Origin: Octopus sinensis
Taxonomy: Eukaryota
DNA: 64,000 nucleotides
Assembly: GCF_006345805.1 (NCBI RefSeq)
Contig: NC_043002.1
Coordinates: 59,644,001 to 59,708,000 of the forward strand
Reading direction: 5' to 3'
Positions 59,570-64,000 of this stretch are shown here, piece after piece. Under the pieces are notes generated by a model. That model was given only the letters and a program-made list of their open reading frames with translations, was not told the origin of the DNA and did not search any database. The stretch's first letter is position 1. Every line of letters begins with the position of its first letter. The position numbers were made by a program, and so were the translations under genes.

Positions 59570-60720
59570 TTACTCCAGCTTGTATGAGCAGACAGCAACC
59601 TACTGTCAAAGGTCTCACAGACTCTCTTAACGCCATACTTGGTATCCAAGTACTAATCTCGAAATCCTCGCTGTCACCAATAAAGCAGGTTCCTGAGTAT
59701 GTTCTACACTCATAACAATCCTAATTTCTCAAACCTGGCTCTTAATGCTCTACCCCCAATTCCCCTACAGCTATTGGGATGACAGTTACTTCATTACCCA
59801 CACTCATGCAGTTTCAACATTTAGTGATTCGTACTTCTTAGTCTCTTTTACTTCCTTATCGACTACACGTACATCCCAGGTATCACAATATCTATGATCT
59901 TGGATTCCTTCATAATTTTTATCAACTACAACTATCTCTGAGTATTACGCACTGAATCGCACTGGATTGTAAAATCCTATAAGCTCTTATGCTGATTATT
60001 CTCGGTGACGCCTAGTTTATGCTCGCACCATTTCAATGTCCTTTCATGACCTCATATGATTTCCATCGAACATAGCTACGTTATCATGTCTCCTTTTTTA
60101 AAAATACTTTTGAGCTAATTTGCGACATTCACTCCTCAATGTGTGACACTGTTTACATTTTGGAGCCATACGTCCTACAAAAGATGTGTGGCACTATTTT
60201 CTATTTGAAACTTGGTGTAATTAATTTTCAGAGCATGTGCCCGGGTGCTGCATATCAATACCTCAGTTCCTCCATTTAGGTCAATTTTCTTTAGCTACAT
60301 CCAAATGTTGGTATTGTCTTTCTCTTCCGTTTTTCTGAAGTATTGCTCTTGCATTACTTTCTCTTTTCAGTTCTTTTCACTGAGTATCGTGTTTTCGTTT
60401 CTAACATCAACGAACAAAGGCTTAGTTTGGTGTTTGCTTAACCATCCCAGATTGTCTGTCTCATCCAAGTAGCCATATCCCTCCCTTGTTTCTAGACACA
60501 TACATTTTGCTTATGTCGCTTTTAGGGTGCAGTTTCTTGTCCAATGTCATCACTTTCCTGGTTTTCTATCCATTTCTTCAAGCTCCACATTTGTCTGTCA
60601 AATGGTACCTGCGCAATATCCATGCATTCAGTGTTCTGATCTTTTTCTTTGAGTCCACTCTTCATAATTATCTTTGTTCTTCTGGGATATTCTCCGAATA
60701 TCTGAGATGAAGCTTTCCTT
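59570..60720 (-). mobile_element. R4/Dong-type LINE 3' remnant (zinc knuckle plus RLE)
   Basis: TEVLIC..ALKINYTKFQI..VSHI.SECRKLAQK..RRHDNVA..GVTENNQHK..DFTIQCD..EIVVVDK..KESKIIDIVIPG..KKYESL..TVIPIAVGELG; frameshifted. Confidence 0.85.
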
Positions 60721-60802
60721 CATCTTACTCTCCTTGATTTTGTCCTAGTTCAAAATACAGAGATAACTGTATATTATTACTATCATTATTATTATTATCA
60801 TT

Positions 60803-60995
60803 AGGCAGCGAGCTGGGAGAAACATTTAGCGGTATTTCGTCTGTCTTTACGACATGGGTTCAAATTCTGCTGCGGTCGACTTTGCATTTCATCCACTCGT
60901 GGTCGATAAATTAAGTACCAGTTGCATACTAGGGTCGATCTAATCGACTGGCCCCTACTCCAAAAACTTCGGGCCTTGTGCCTAGAGTAGAAATT
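60803..60995 (+). mobile_element. SINE family C
   Basis: aggcagcgagctgggagaaacatttagcggtatttcg...gggttcaaattctgc...gtcgataaattaagtaccag...gtcgatctaatcgactggcccc. Confidence 0.85.
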
Positions 60996-61042
60996 CTTCT
61001 TCTTCTTCTTCTTCTCTTCTTCTTCTTCTTCTTCTTCTTCTA

Positions 61043-61102
<60 letters not shown>

Positions 61103-61353
61103 TTCATCATCATTATTATTAGTAATAGTAATAGTAGTTGTAGTAATAGTATAAATTTAATAATAATGATGCTGATGATGATTTGAAAAATTTCAATTAT
61201 AATACAGTTCTAAGATACGATTGCAGCGAAAACGACAGCAGCAACTGTAAAAAGATCAATGACAAAAGCTACAATATATAAAAAGGAAACATTATCAGAC
61301 TTTGCTGTAAATACGATGAAGCCCAACATCTAACATCGCCATTGTTATCGTAT

Positions 61354-61385
<32 letters not shown>

Positions 61386-63653
61386 AAATGTAATAAAATG
61401 TGTAGAGCTAACTATATAAATAATAATAGTACCATAAAACGTATTAAGTCTATCTGATAGTCACTTACAAAGAATTATAACAATGATAATAAGAGGACGG
61501 CTATAAAACTAATATCTACATCAATAGTATAATGCCGACAATAACAATAAGAACTGCTACAATAATTACAACCAACTAAAATATATCGTATATCATTTTA
61601 CATTGAAAATTAATTGCCTCTGATATAGGCAAAATTTAGTGGTAGAGGGGAACAGACAACGATATCGAGGCTAGTGTTTGGCAGACATTTTATTTTATCG
61701 ATTCCGGGTTGATGAGAGTCAAAGGTGACCTCAGCGCTATTTGACCTCAGAGCGGTGAAATTCGTAAGAAATTCTCCAAAACGATCTATGCGAGAATCTA
61801 ACAAATCTTTAATAGAAGCACACATGATGTTATTTGTTTGTATTTGTTTGTTTTTTCGTTTATTTTGGAGTGGGATGATGTCAAGACAGAATTTATAAGG
61901 GGTTTAAGTATATTCGACGAGAGATTTGCTGAAAGTTTTCTTGCGCCTGCGTTCCACTACCCTAACATCAGACTATCTGCAGCATAAATATTAATAAACA
62001 ACCACTTTAGAGATAAACGGCCATATCGACTGAGAACAGTGAGATTTAAAATCATGGCTCGTATATTTAGTCTTTAATCGGTCCGAATCTGGCAGATTCG
62101 GACGTGAATATGCTAATCGTTGTTGTATTTTGCCACAGAGCAGCTCTTGTGAATCGAGTGTGTGGTTCTAACACACTAAAATCATTACCACAAGGGATTC
62201 TGGGATTCGAAAGACGAACGAAATACAATTTTGCAGACATATTTGCTAAAAAAAAACAACAACAGCAAGAAAGACATGTTCGCGTTATATAACAGCAGTA
62301 AATGGACAATAGAGAAGACGAGATCTATATCAATAATACAAGAAAATAAATTCCAAAATAGCAACAAATAAAATAAAATAGAAATTATGCTTATCCATTA
62401 CAAATGAAATAAAAAGTATGAGACCAACATTCCAACGTCCAAATAACGGGAACAAAATTAACGACAACCGGGAAAGAGCGCACCGCAACGGTGACGATGG
62501 TAACATCAAAAACCCGAAACGAGAAAACGAGAAAAATCGATGAAAGCATACACGACATGAAAGTAACTTTACCAACGACCGGAATATCAACAACACCAAC
62601 AAAGGAAACAGTCTTACAAATACAAACAATACTACTACTACTACTATTAATAGTAATAATAATAATAATGATAAAATATCAATGACATCCATTATAATAA
62701 GAAGCGTTAAAGAAGAAGCGTTGAGATAAGCTACAAGAGGTTTGGTCAAAAATGAAAATAATACTAAAACAAGTTATAAAGTCCTCAAAGCTAAGAGTTT
62801 GACATAAAATTTCTATTGAAATTGAAGCAATGAATCAGGGCAAGCTATGAAGATTAATGTGAAATGTTAAATAAATAATCGAAAATTGTAACATGTACAA
62901 GGAACAAATAGGAAAGCTAAATAAATTCTTCAATAAAACGTTTCAAAACGAGTGTTATGTTATTATAAGCAGTCACAGTATCACCGGCATCAGTTGCTCC
63001 ACCGGTATTGACAACGATATCGTAGAAAATACGAAATAAAAAGTAACACAAGCGTCAAATAGAGAGTTATAACCAACTAACATTAACAACGTTAGGAACC
63101 ATTTTGATAAGAAGAAGAAGAATAACAACAATAATATAAATGCATGCACACATACACAGAAGTACAGCAATTCCAGTGCAACGAACACGGTAAAATAGAA
63201 GCGAGGGCAAGTAAGTATATCATGAAAGCTTGTTGAAAAAAAACCCATGTCGAGATAACCAAAATAAAATAACCGTCACAACCACATACAAAATCAAAAT
63301 CAACCATATATAAAAAATAAGAAGAAATAAGAAGGAAATCGAATATTACATATAACGGAGGAAATAAATATTTTAAAAATAAAGAACAAAAAAATGAGAA
63401 GGACGATAGGGCAGAAGAACAAGGAAAATATAAACAAATATGGTGGACGGTTTCTTGGAAGTAAAAGGAAGAGTGAATGTAAGTGCAGCAGATAAGGGAA
63501 ACGACATGAGCTTGAAACAAGAGGATCATTTTTTTCTATTATGTATGAGTGAAATCTCAACACTGAAGTGACCGTTATGTCAACGTACGCATACATATAT
63601 ATAGAGAGAAGTAGATAAATAGATAGATATACATACATGCATGCATACATATA

Positions 63654-63687
<34 letters not shown>

Positions 63688-63735
63688 CATACATACATGC
63701 ATATATATATATATATATATATATACATGCATACA

Positions 63736-63784
<49 letters not shown>

Positions 63785-64000
63785 ATATATACATATACAT
63801 ATATATATATATACTCTATATGCATAAATATATATATGTATATATGCATATGTATATTTATATATATATATATATATATATACATATGTATGTCTACATA
63901 TATATATACATAATATCATATACACAAATAAATATATAATAAATTTGTGTGTGTGTGTGTGTGTTTGTGTGTGTCTATATATTCATTTATATATGTATGT

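Overview
AT-rich, microsatellite-saturated metazoan genomic DNA. The repeat landscape (three tRNA-headed SINE families, R4/Dong-type LINEs, Helitrons, Tc1/mariner relics, Penelope-like remnants) suggests an octopus/coleoid cephalopod; this is an inference, not a database result. No protein-coding gene can be named. Almost all ORFs in the supplied track are microsatellite artefacts or decayed TE coding sequence, though a few phase-compatible candidate exons, including a 9-nt microexon, lie on the minus strand. The most striking unexplained structure is a set of about 15 minimal type-I hammerhead ribozyme (HHR) motifs from at least 6 sequence families (4.2, 9.9/10.2, 18.1/18.2, 21.3/21.5, 23.8, 24.9, 28.3/28.6, 37.4, 43.8/45.0, 46.9, 48.5 kb). 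Most have a self-complementary stem III (ACGU, ACACGUGU, ACAUCGAUGU, ACUC-A-GAGU), and several occur as divergent back-to-back pairs. Two such pairs are flanked by target-site duplications, one of them carrying a tRNA-like Pol III head, and one fold-back pair abuts a decayed Penelope GIY-YIG ORF. This looks like a community of non-autonomous, Penelope-mobilised ribozyme retroelements (retrozyme/SINE-like), including a recurring non-canonical CCGAnGA (U4C) core. All structures were paired by eye; none has been computed or tested.
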